A stretch of DNA of 64,000 bases, taken from assembly GCA_049509455.1 (NCBI GenBank), contig JBEKZX010000001.1, positions 64,001-128,000 of the forward strand. The letters run 5' to 3'. Under the pieces are notes generated by a model. The model did not search any database and had not been told where the DNA came from. It worked only from the letters and a program-made list of their open reading frames with translations. Each line of letters begins with the position of its first letter. The stretch's first letter is position 1. Position numbers and translations under genes: made by a program. This document shows, one piece after another, positions 18,264 through 27,013 of the stretch. The stretch comes from Conexivisphaerales archaeon (GTDB taxonomy: Archaea > Thermoproteota > Nitrososphaeria > Conexivisphaerales > DTJL01).

Positions 18264-19331
18264 ATGAGGAGTCATCCTTTGACGCTCGCTCTTGTGGGCC
18301 TCGGCACGCAGGGGACCGAAAGCATCCCCATCGGGGCAATTGAATTCGCCCGTCGTTGCGACCATTTGTACGCCGACGTGTACACCAGCCCCTGGCCTGA
18401 GGGGCTCCTCGCTCAGGTGGCGAAGCTCATCGGCAGGGAGCCCGCCCCGGCTTCGCGCACTCTGCTTGAGGATGGCAGGAAGATACTCGAGGAGAGCTCT
18501 AAGGCTGACACGGCCGTAATGTGCATTGGCGATCCTCTGGTCGCAACCACTCACATGACCCTTCGGCTGCGGGCCCTAGAGCTAGGCCTGCCGGTCAAGG
18601 TCTTCTACGCTGCCGGGATCCTGACCGCGGTCTTCGGCGAGACAGGACTCCATCCCTACAAGCTGGGCAGGGTCATCACGCTGGTGAGGTCCACTCCATC
18701 CGCTCTCGGTTCCGTCTACGCCGCCGTGAAGGAGACCCTCTCCTTGGGGCTCCATGTGCTCCTCCTCATGGAGTACAGCCACGACGAGGGCTTCAGCCTG
18801 CGACCCAACGACGGCCTGAAGATGCTCAGCGAGGTGGAGGCTTCATACAGACTGGGGGTCTTCTCCGATGACCGCCTCCTCGTCGTAGTATCGCGCCTGG
18901 GCCGGCCGGACCAGTCGGTCATCGCGGGCCGCCTCTCCGATCTGGCCTCGATGGACTTCGGCTCCCCTCCCCACAGCATACTCGTCCCGGGAAGCCTTCA
19001 CTACACGGAATCGGACGCCTTGCGGGCCCTGGCAAAGGCCGACCCCGCCGTCCTTTCTTCATCGAGGACTTCGCTGGTCCTTCCCAGCAAGACCATCGTT
19101 GAAAGGACCGTCGCCAAGACCAAGGCGGCCCTCAAGACGGCCAGGGAGCTGGCGGCCGGGCCTTCGATGCCCGACCTGGGAAGCGTCTTCGAAAACGTGG
19201 AAGCTTACCTGTCCGACGCCGATCGTTTCCTCCTCGAAGGGAAGCCAGAGCTGGCGCTGGTGGAGGCCGGCTACGCCGAGGGCCTCTTGGACTCGCTCAG
19301 GCTCCAGGGGATCCTGAAGATGACTTGGTGA
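18264..19331 (+). CDS. dph5: Diphthine synthase Dph5 fused to a C-terminal DUF357-like domain
   Basis: LVGLG, VYTS, IGDPLVATTH, ETGLHPYKLGRVITL, PPHSILVPGSLHYTESDAL; C-terminal ENVEAYLSDA..FL..G..ELAL...GYAEGLLDSLR matches DUF357. Confidence 0.82.
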   Translation: MRSHPLTLALVGLGTQGTESIPIGAIEFARRCDHLYADVYTSPWPEGLLAQVAKLIGREPAPASRTLLEDGRKILEESSKADTAVMCIGDPLVATTHMTLRLRALELGLPVKVFYAAGILTAVFGETGLHPYKLGRVITLVRSTPSALGSVYAAVKETLSLGLHVLLLMEYSHDEGFSLRPNDGLKMLSEVEASYRLGVFSDDRLLVVVSRLGRPDQSVIAGRLSDLASMDFGSPPHSILVPGSLHYTESDALRALAKADPAVLSSSRTSLVLPSKTIVERTVAKTKAALKTARELAAGPSMPDLGSVFENVEAYLSDADRFLLEGKPELALVEAGYAEGLLDSLRLQGILKMTW

Positions 19332-19383
19332 AAGAAGGTCTAAATACTCACAGGATGTTGTAGTCATCTCTCGGACGAAAGAC

Positions 19384-20769
19384 TTGCCCGGCAGCATCTT
19401 CGTTAAGGAAGCCTGCGTGGCCACCTTCGACGGCAGGTTCCGCCTCTTGCAGCCCGCTTCCGTCTACGCGGAGGACGGGAGCTTCGTCAAGGTCGGCTCC
19501 CCCGAGGAAGTCAGGCCCGTGGCCGTGCATCCCGACATAACTATCGACGGGCGCAACAAGCTCGTCATGCCCGGCTTGGTCAACACTCACGTCCACTTAG
19601 CCCAGTCGCTGCTGAGGAGCTTGGTTCCTGACGACGTTACGCTCCTCGACTGGCTGACGCGCTGGGTTTGGCCTCTCCAAGGCAGCTTCAAGGCCGAGGA
19701 CGGTCTCGTCAGCGCACAGCTCACTCTGCTGGAGATGATCAAGGCGGGCACGACTGCCTTCGTTGCGACCTCGGTCAACGGAAGGTACGGGCCGGAGCGC
19801 ATCGCCGAGGCCGTCCATGCCTCAGGAATCAGGGCGGCCCTCGGAAGGCAGGTCATGGACATGCCTGGCTATGCGTCCAGGAAGGACGCGGTCCCCGCCT
19901 CCCTCCAGGAGGACAAGGTGGCGTCACTCAAATCGTTCAGCGAACTCCATCGCCGGTGGCACGGGAGGGACGGAAGGATCTGGATTTGGCTCTCCCCGCG
20001 GACGCCCGGCGCCTGCAGTGACCAGCTCTTCGAGGAGATGGCCTCACTCCTGACGGAAAGCGACGCCGGGCTGACCATGCACCTGGCGGAAATCAAGGAC
20101 GACGTGGGCTACTTCAGGAAGAAAGGGACGACCCCCGGCGCCTTCCTACGGAGGATGGGCCTCCTCAGGAGGAAGACGGTCTATGTGCACTGCGTCTGGC
20201 TCTCCGACGACGACATCAGGGAGTTCGTCAAGGGAGGTTCTACCGTTTCTCACAACCCCTCCTCCAACATGAAGCTGGGCTCGGGGATCGCCCCCGTAGC
20301 CAAGATGCTAAGGGCAGGGCTCAACGTCGCTCTGGGCACCGACGGCGGCCCGAGCAACGACTCCTACGATCTGCTGAGGGAATGCAAGCTGGCCTCCCTC
20401 CTCCAGAAGGTTGCCCTCGGCGACCCGAGAGCTGTTGGCTACGCTGACGTCCTGAAGATGGCCGTCACGAACGGCTACAGGGCGTTGGGGCTTGAAGGCA
20501 TCGCGGGCAGAATGGCGGCGGGGCAGAGGGCGGACTTCATAGTGGTGGACCTTGCTCAGCCCCACCTCACACCTGCGATCAACCCTCTGTCGAACTTGGT
20601 ATATTCGGCCACGGGTCAGGACGTTTCCGACGTATTCGTGGACGGCAGGGCGCTAATGCTGGGAAGGAAGGTCACGGTGCTCGACGAAGCGAATGTGCTC
20701 AGAGAGGCGAAGAGACGGGCGCCGATCTTGGCGGAGCGCGCCGGCCTCGGCAGGCGATCAAAGGCCTGA
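19384..20769 (+). CDS. Amidohydrolase of the MTA/SAH deaminase (MtaD-like) family
   Basis: PGLVNTHVH, MHLAE, VHCVWL, HNPSSNMKLGSG, ALGTDGGPSN, ADFIVVD. Substrate cannot be determined from sequence. Confidence 0.85.
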   Translation: MPGSIFVKEACVATFDGRFRLLQPASVYAEDGSFVKVGSPEEVRPVAVHPDITIDGRNKLVMPGLVNTHVHLAQSLLRSLVPDDVTLLDWLTRWVWPLQGSFKAEDGLVSAQLTLLEMIKAGTTAFVATSVNGRYGPERIAEAVHASGIRAALGRQVMDMPGYASRKDAVPASLQEDKVASLKSFSELHRRWHGRDGRIWIWLSPRTPGACSDQLFEEMASLLTESDAGLTMHLAEIKDDVGYFRKKGTTPGAFLRRMGLLRRKTVYVHCVWLSDDDIREFVKGGSTVSHNPSSNMKLGSGIAPVAKMLRAGLNVALGTDGGPSNDSYDLLRECKLASLLQKVALGDPRAVGYADVLKMAVTNGYRALGLEGIAGRMAAGQRADFIVVDLAQPHLTPAINPLSNLVYSATGQDVSDVFVDGRALMLGRKVTVLDEANVLREAKRRAPILAERAGLGRRSKA

Positions 20770-21897
20770 CAAAGTCGGGTCCGCCGGCTTCATTAACTCT
20801 CGCAGAAGGACGGTGGCGTAGCACCCACTGTAAAGCCCGAACCTCAACTCAGCATAATCCTCCTTTCGGAAGCCTTTGAACCAGCCCACCATGGAGGCCG
20901 GCCGATATCCTCCCTCAACGCTGAGCTCCTGCATCTCTTTGATGTAGAAGTCCGTCGGAGTCAGCCCCTCCTCCTCCAGGACGTCTGCTAGGGCGACGGA
21001 ATACGGGTCGTGTCTGTTCCTAAACGCGAACCCCGGCAGCTGTGCCAGCGGCACCGGGAGGAAGCCTTCAGTCGCGTCGGCGGGGTCCCTCACATACGCC
21101 TCCAGTACGACGGGTCTCTTCCTGTGCTTCAGGATGTACATCGCAGACTCCTCCGAAAGCGAGCCGTTCCTCTCCAGGACCTTGCTCAGCGCCCTGTTGA
21201 ACAGGTAAGACTGGTAGGACTGCACGAGAAGGCGCCTAAGCCTCAAGGGGACCTTTCGCAACGCCACGACGGCGTCGGCCTCGGACAGCTCCTCCTCTAG
21301 CAGGATCCCCGCAGCCTCGGCGAACTTCCGCTTCACCATGGCATCTCCCACCTTCTGGTTGGGCTTGTCCCTCCCGAAGCGTTGCGAGCCGAAGAAGTTG
21401 GGGAGCTTCCCCTCGTCCAAGAGATGCCCAACCCTTTCCCCGTCCGCCTCTTTTCCACCGAACGAATGAATCCTGATTCTGAAGAAGTTGCCCAGCAGGT
21501 CCACCTTCTTCAACGGCCTCAGGGTCTCGGCCACCAGCGTGGCCCTGAAGGACGGCCCCGTCACATGCGCGGACGGGCTCTCTGCCATCTTCCTGCCCGA
21601 GACAAACTGATACGTCAGCGCCAGCTTATCCTTCAGGCCGAGCGAGTTCATGGCAATCCCGGTTGTCCACTGCAGTTTCTCGCGGGCCTCCATCGTCCCC
21701 GAGTTCCACTTGCAGAGGACATAGAGTGGGTATCCTCCCGATCCCAGCTTGGAGATGAGCTTCTTCGAATCGTCCATCAGGACCTCCGTCACCACGAAGT
21801 CGTCGGGGGCGGTCTTGGTCCTTCCGCTGGCGCCCTTTTCGGCGGTGGCGTACTGCTCAATGCCGATCTCCAGTTCCTCTTTGACGGTTGTCTTCAT
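20758..21897 (-). CDS. truD: tRNA pseudouridine(13) synthase TruD/Pus7
   Basis: PDDFVVTE, GLKDKLALTYQ with the catalytic Asp, GNFFRIRI, PNFFGSQRFG, AYQSY-like QSYQSYLFN, YATVLLRE. Confidence 0.9.
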   Translation of the reverse strand: MKTTVKEELEIGIEQYATAEKGASGRTKTAPDDFVVTEVLMDDSKKLISKLGSGGYPLYVLCKWNSGTMEAREKLQWTTGIAMNSLGLKDKLALTYQFVSGRKMAESPSAHVTGPSFRATLVAETLRPLKKVDLLGNFFRIRIHSFGGKEADGERVGHLLDEGKLPNFFGSQRFGRDKPNQKVGDAMVKRKFAEAAGILLEEELSEADAVVALRKVPLRLRRLLVQSYQSYLFNRALSKVLERNGSLSEESAMYILKHRKRPVVLEAYVRDPADATEGFLPVPLAQLPGFAFRNRHDPYSVALADVLEEEGLTPTDFYIKEMQELSVEGGYRPASMVGWFKGFRKEDYAELRFGLYSGCYATVLLRELMKPADPTLSGL

Positions 21898-21913
21898 GAG
21901 CTATCGCGCTGGC

Positions 21914-22279
21914 CTACAGAAGCTTGAGGTCTCCCGTGATGCGGTCGACGAGCTCGGAGGGGCCTGGGCCGATGCCTAGGCAGGTGACGGTGTCGGGCGC
22001 TATCTGAGTTAGGCCTCGGTCCACGATGAGGACGGTGGGCAGCCCCAGCTCCTCGGCCTTCCGCCGCAGGGAGTTCAGCTCAGATTCGCTTCTCGCCTTG
22101 ACTACGATCTTGGCCTGGCCCTCAGCCCACCACCGCTTGAACCATTCAGGCTTCTTCCTTTCTGTGTCTCTCGATGCTGAAACGGCAGCGTGGGCCACTT
22201 GCGCCGCCAGCTTCCCCTTGCCCATGGAGATGTCCGTCCTGACGGCGACGACCAACTTATACTCGAATTCCCCCTCCAT
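21914..22279 (-). CDS. pth2: Peptidyl-tRNA hydrolase Pth2
   Basis: YKLVVAVRTDISMGKGKLAAQVAHAA, GQAKIVVK, DRGLTQI, TCLGIGP. Confidence 0.96.
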   Translation of the reverse strand: MEGEFEYKLVVAVRTDISMGKGKLAAQVAHAAVSASRDTERKKPEWFKRWWAEGQAKIVVKARSESELNSLRRKAEELGLPTVLIVDRGLTQIAPDTVTCLGIGPGPSELVDRITGDLKLL

Positions 22280-22352
22280 GACCCCTCAGACAATGGGCCG
22301 TCCTCCTCTTGATTTAAAGTTGGGGTAGCTTCGTCGGGTCATCAGCCAGATG

Positions 22353-23384
22353 TCAGATGGACTTTTCGGTCTTCGCGATGGCTTCGATGATGGTCTTGTA
22401 CAGCCCGGGGTTCGTCTCCGCAAGCCTCTCTAGCCTCGGAGGCTTGAGCCCGATCCTCTTCGCCCTGTTGATGTTGTACCTCACCAGTCTCTCGCCGTTG
22501 GTCTCGTGCCAGCCGCACTTCTGCATGTACTTCATTATGACCTCGAAGGCCTCCTCGTCGGTGACCTTCTTCACGTTGACCAGATAGGGCGGCAGTATGA
22601 GCCAGAGTATCCTGTGCCTGCCGTCCATGATGGGGCTCTCAAGGATCTTTTCGATGTACTTGTACTGACCCGAATCCTGGTAGGGCTTTGGCTTGGGGAG
22701 CCGGACCGAAATCCTGTCGACTATCTCCTGCATTGAAGGAGGGAGCCTGACCGGTTTGTCCATCCGCTTGAAACGCTGGAAGATGAAGACGGAGAACTGG
22801 TCCTGCACGATGTCGACCAGCCTTTCCTCAGAGAGGTAGATGTAGCCTCGGCAGAGGATGTTGTTGACCAGAGCGAGCCGGGGGTTATCTAGGAGCTGCA
22901 GTCCCGCCATCACCTCCAAGTACTTCTCCGCGGGCACCCTCAGCTGAAGCCTCATCTTGGCATCCTCTGAGGCCCTCCAGGGGAGCTTCTCCACCGTCTC
23001 CATCTTCAGGTCGAACAGCCCGTTCATGATGTTGCACATGGCACCCACCCTCTCCTCCCTGAACGCCTCCATGGATCTCATCCCCTCCGATCGAGAGAAG
23101 GCCCTCTCCAGGAAGGTGGAAGAGATGGCCTTGACCATAATCATTGCGACGATGAAACTGAATATCTCCACGAACCTGTCATCGTACCGGATCTTGCTGG
23201 TCTTCTTCTCGAGGGCCTCCAGAATCCTATCCTGGGCCCTGGAAAGGATGTCGTTCGCCCTGCTGTTGGTCTTAGGGTCGGAGATTTCGTCGATGGAGAA
23301 GCCCGAGTCCCTGAGGTATGTCTCGACGCCTGGAATGAACGGGTACCGGACGAACTCCGCCTCCCTAGAAACGGACGAACTCAT
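22353..23384 (-). CDS. DNA primase large-subunit (PriL) N-terminal domain fused to a PriX-like C-terminal domain
   Basis: N-terminal RYPF...A..RI..A pattern and GYIYLS resemble the PriL NTD; C-terminal DGRHRILWLILPPYLVNVK resembles PriX; no four-Cys Fe-S set. Confidence 0.7.
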   Translation of the reverse strand: MSSSVSREAEFVRYPFIPGVETYLRDSGFSIDEISDPKTNSRANDILSRAQDRILEALEKKTSKIRYDDRFVEIFSFIVAMIMVKAISSTFLERAFSRSEGMRSMEAFREERVGAMCNIMNGLFDLKMETVEKLPWRASEDAKMRLQLRVPAEKYLEVMAGLQLLDNPRLALVNNILCRGYIYLSEERLVDIVQDQFSVFIFQRFKRMDKPVRLPPSMQEIVDRISVRLPKPKPYQDSGQYKYIEKILESPIMDGRHRILWLILPPYLVNVKKVTDEEAFEVIMKYMQKCGWHETNGERLVRYNINRAKRIGLKPPRLERLAETNPGLYKTIIEAIAKTEKSI

Positions 23385-23479
23385 CGGGCCACTCTAGCTT
23401 CCTCCTCCGTGCACGATATAAGGTTTAGAAATCAGGGACTTGCTGACGAAGGCGCGCCACATTTCAAGACTAGGTTTAT

Positions 23480-24505
23480 TTGAGGTGGCCGGTTGACATT
23501 GTCTGCGGGACAATGTACGTCATCATCTCTCACCGCAAGGACCTGGACGGCCTGGCCTCGGCAGCCCTTTCGCTTCGTTACGTCGTCAAGCACAAGCGCT
23601 CTCCCTACACGATCTCCCTCAAGGACTACACCGACGAGGAGCTCGTGGTGGAGGAGAAGTTCTTGGACCTTCAGAACTGCAAATTCATCATCACGGACCT
23701 CTCAACCAACATCCCGCGCCTCGAGCTAATACTGGAGAAGTTCAGGACGTTGAAGTCTTGGAATAACGAGATTTGCTGGTTCGACCATCACCCGTCCACC
23801 GAGGTAATCAGGTCCTCTTTGGCGGCCGTCGTCGACTTCCTCGACCTACGCTCCAGCTCCACCGTCGCATCTGAGATTACATACCAGAACCTATTCGTCC
23901 GCAACGGACTCTACGACTCCCACGCCCTCCTCCTCTCCAAGCTGGGCCGGGATTCGGACCTCCTGGAGCTGAAGTACGGGGTGACGTCGAAGCTCATGTC
24001 CATGATCGACTTCTCTAACTACTTGGACAGGGGCTCGATAATATCGCCAAGGCTCCTCGCCATCGTGCTCCAGCTCGCCTTCCCGCGCATCGAGGCCGAC
24101 GAAGACGGGATAGTTGAACCCTACCAGAACGGTCTGATCGAGCAATACGAGACTCTGAAGACCAGAGAGAGGAAAAGGATCCTCGCCGACTCGGAGCTCT
24201 TCCAGGCGGGGAAGCACACGGTGGTCCTTTTCAGTTTCCCCCAGCTCTTTTCCGGAACGCAGGCATCGATGATAGTCTTGGATCACTTCAAGGCCGACGT
24301 TTCCATAGGCATCAGTGACTCCGGCGAAGGGAGCGTCAGGAGGTCGGTGGAGGACATCAGCTGCAGGAGGATCGCGGAGCTCTTCGGGGGCGGAGGGCAT
24401 GACTTCGCAGCCGGCTTCCCGACTGAGAAGGGAAATATGTCGGAGCCTGAGCTGGCCCAGTACAAGGAGAAGGTTAAGAAGGCCGTAATCAAGCTGCTCT
24501 CCTAG
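23480..24505 (+). CDS. DHH/DHHA1 family phosphoesterase
   Basis: SH..DLDGLAS, TDLS, WFDHH, C-terminal GGGGH. Confidence 0.85.
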   Translation: MRWPVDIVCGTMYVIISHRKDLDGLASAALSLRYVVKHKRSPYTISLKDYTDEELVVEEKFLDLQNCKFIITDLSTNIPRLELILEKFRTLKSWNNEICWFDHHPSTEVIRSSLAAVVDFLDLRSSSTVASEITYQNLFVRNGLYDSHALLLSKLGRDSDLLELKYGVTSKLMSMIDFSNYLDRGSIISPRLLAIVLQLAFPRIEADEDGIVEPYQNGLIEQYETLKTRERKRILADSELFQAGKHTVVLFSFPQLFSGTQASMIVLDHFKADVSIGISDSGEGSVRRSVEDISCRRIAELFGGGGHDFAAGFPTEKGNMSEPELAQYKEKVKKAVIKLLS

Positions 24506-24547
24506 AGGGGCTCCCCGTGGGGGAGTCCGTCGGTTTCGGGCGATACC

Positions 24548-25807
24548 ATGAGACAGCTTCGTTTCGTCGAGGTGCAGAGGGGGGAGCGTCGGAGGGAGGT
24601 GAAGTGTCCCGTCTGCCATGGCATGTCGTCGCTCTGTCGTGAGAATTACTGCCCCTACTTGGCGAAGCTCAAGGCCTTCCAGTCGGTCGCTCGCCTAGAG
24701 AGGATGGAGAGGGTCTTCGGCGCGTCGCCTCCCTCGGTCTTCGTCGGCGAATATGGATACCCGAAGGTGTTGGCCGGCCCCCTGGTGCCACCGCTTCCCC
24801 ACGAGGATACTGCACTCATGGACATGCCTGAGAGGTGGGTGGACAAGAGTTTCGAGGAGCTCCTGCGATACCGCCTGAGCCTAGTGAGGGGGAAGTACAC
24901 CATGGAGGTGGGCGAAGCGGTGAACCCTTCGCGGATCCTCTCTGCAACCCAGGAGGTTATAATGGCCTCCAGGCCCACCGACGTGGAAGCCGTCCTAGGG
25001 AAGAGGCCCGTGTTGACCGAGATCTTCAACTCCAGGAGTCCTCCCAATGGGCCCTCCGCACCGCTGATCAGCGTCAAGCTGGCGGAGAACCCCTCGGTCT
25101 CCGTTAGGGTTGAGAGGGTGGTGAGCGACGGCGACTTCAGGGCCGCCGAGGCGATACCCGAGCTCTTCTCCGGCGGCGTCAGGCAGAGCCAGATCACGAA
25201 GCTCCTCAGCATCGGCCTCCTCGGCGTCAAGAAGCGCAGGCGGCTGGTCCCCACCGAATGGAGCATCACAGCCGTCGACGATATTCTCGGAAAGGGGCTC
25301 ATCGACAAGGTGATGGACTTCTCCGAAGTGGACGGCTTCACCTTCTTCAGCCACCAAGCGCTGGGGAACGCCGTTTGCGTTGTCTTCCTTCCCTCTCCCT
25401 GGATGTTCGAAGGGCTGGAGGGTTGGGTGACCTCCGACCCCCGGGTCTATTCGGACCACGAGCTCTCCTCCGGTCGGAAGACCTACCCCACCAACCTCGC
25501 CGGGGCCTATCACGCCGCGAGGCTTCCTGTCTTGGAGTACCTGGCGGGACTGAGGAGGCAGGCCGGGGCCCTCGTCTTCATGGAGGTCCATCCTGAATGG
25601 ATCCCCCTCGGCGTCTGGCGCTTCCGCGAAATCGCCCGGAAGGCCTTGAGGCGGCCTCCCGTGGAGGCAGAAGACCTCAATCACGCTCTCCGGCTGGTCG
25701 CCGGAGAGCTCTCCATCCCCATCGAGAAATGGGTCCGTGCTTCCAGGGTAATCCCGTACTTCCTCCATCAGACCAAGCTCGAGGATTTCTTCCGCTCGAA
25801 GGGTTGA
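24548..25807 (+). CDS. Archaeal Nre-family DNA repair protein
   Basis: C..CHG...LC....CP, GASPPSVFVGEYGYPKV, RRLVPTEWSITAVD, AYHAARL, PLGVWRFRE, and a C-terminal PIP-box-like QTKLEDFF. Confidence 0.9.
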   Translation: MRQLRFVEVQRGERRREVKCPVCHGMSSLCRENYCPYLAKLKAFQSVARLERMERVFGASPPSVFVGEYGYPKVLAGPLVPPLPHEDTALMDMPERWVDKSFEELLRYRLSLVRGKYTMEVGEAVNPSRILSATQEVIMASRPTDVEAVLGKRPVLTEIFNSRSPPNGPSAPLISVKLAENPSVSVRVERVVSDGDFRAAEAIPELFSGGVRQSQITKLLSIGLLGVKKRRRLVPTEWSITAVDDILGKGLIDKVMDFSEVDGFTFFSHQALGNAVCVVFLPSPWMFEGLEGWVTSDPRVYSDHELSSGRKTYPTNLAGAYHAARLPVLEYLAGLRRQAGALVFMEVHPEWIPLGVWRFREIARKALRRPPVEAEDLNHALRLVAGELSIPIEKWVRASRVIPYFLHQTKLEDFFRSKG

Positions 25808-26259
25808 AAGGCTCATCTCGAGACGGGAGCCATATCCTGAGCGGTGAACATCCTGGGAATCCGCGGAAACCATCGTGCGGAGGCGCTCGACTCGCGCCTT
25901 CGGAATCAAGCCAATGAAGATGGGAGGCTTGTTGGCCTCTATGAGATGACCATCTCCGCGCCCTCCAAAGGAAACCTTCCCCAGTGCCTGGATGAACAGC
26001 CGGCTGATCAGCCTTCTTGTTCGTCGCCTGCCGTCCAACGCCCCAAGGTTCCTTGCGGTCGTCTCGACAGCCTTGCTGGCCTCCTCCCTCTTCGGCAGGT
26101 ACCCTTCGTGGACCACGTTCCATCTCATTGAGGACAGCTTCCTAAGCCCACCCACGTTCACTCCGGCGGCGTCACGATAGGCGCTCCTCCGCCTCCCTCA
26201 GGAAAGGGTCCTTGGGAGGCCAGAAGCTGGGGGCAGATGTTCGCATTTCCTGGGGGAGA

Positions 26260-26775
26260 TTAACGGAATCTCGTCTTCAGCGCGAGTGTAAGAGGTATCC
26301 CCAGCCCCACGCAAGCCACCAGCTCCCCGGCGAGGACCGATGCGAAGGAGACGACGGGGTCGGTAGAGTAGACCCACCCCAGGAGCACCACCCCTATGAG
26401 GAAAGCCACGATTACGCTGGCTTGAAGGGCTGCCACCACGAGCGATCCCAGAGACTGGTTTCTGCCTAACCAGTAGGCGAGCGAGCCCACCACGGCGTTG
26501 GCGATCGTCCCGATGAGTAGGTCGGGGAAGCCGTAGGGCGATATGAGGTTGGATATCATGACTCCCAGAGTCACGCCCAACACCCCCGCCACGCCCACCC
26601 TCCTGTTCCAGGGTATAGGCAGGAGCGCGTCGGTAATCCTCAACTGCAGGGGTCCAAAAGCGATGGAGGCGATGGCATACGTCCCTATTCCATACACGGC
26701 CGCAATGAGGGCAGTCTGGGCTAGCAGCTCAGAGCGAGGCTTGCGACGCCCTGCCATTACATTCTTAGTGTCCAC
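26260..26775 (-). CDS. QueT-family membrane transporter (ECF S-component-like)
   Basis: ALIAAVY....AIASIAFGPLQLRITDAL matches the QueT N-terminal pattern; G.TLG..ISNL.SPYG..D; about five TM segments. Confidence 0.8.
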   Translation of the reverse strand: MDTKNVMAGRRKPRSELLAQTALIAAVYGIGTYAIASIAFGPLQLRITDALLPIPWNRRVGVAGVLGVTLGVMISNLISPYGFPDLLIGTIANAVVGSLAYWLGRNQSLGSLVVAALQASVIVAFLIGVVLLGWVYSTDPVVSFASVLAGELVACVGLGIPLTLALKTRFR

Positions 26776-26867
26776 ACTCTATTCCTCCCAACCGGGGTTT
26801 CTTGAGCGGAACGGTGGGAGGCCCCACCACCCGCCAGAGCCGGTCATCCTCCGCCCATTATATTAAA
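26776..26867 (-). promoter_or_regulatory. TATA box and structured 5' leader with Shine-Dalgarno and anti-SD element (candidate riboswitch)
   Basis: Minus strand: TTTAATATAA (26867-26858), hairpin GCGG-GT-GGTGGG-GCCT-CCCACC-GTT-CCGC, and SD GGGAGG 8 nt before the GTG start. CCTCCCACCG can alternatively pair with CGGTTGGGAGG. Confidence 0.5.
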
Positions 26868-27013
26868 CTTGACTTACTCCGACCGTCGGCCCGCCTCCGA
26901 GTCGAGAAAACCTCTGCAAACCTGGAGCTCCGCGAGTTTTCACGAGTGATTAATCAAATGTTTTAAAAACACATAACTCCACATCCTCTCCGTAAAAGGA
27001 GTCCTGCGTCTCA

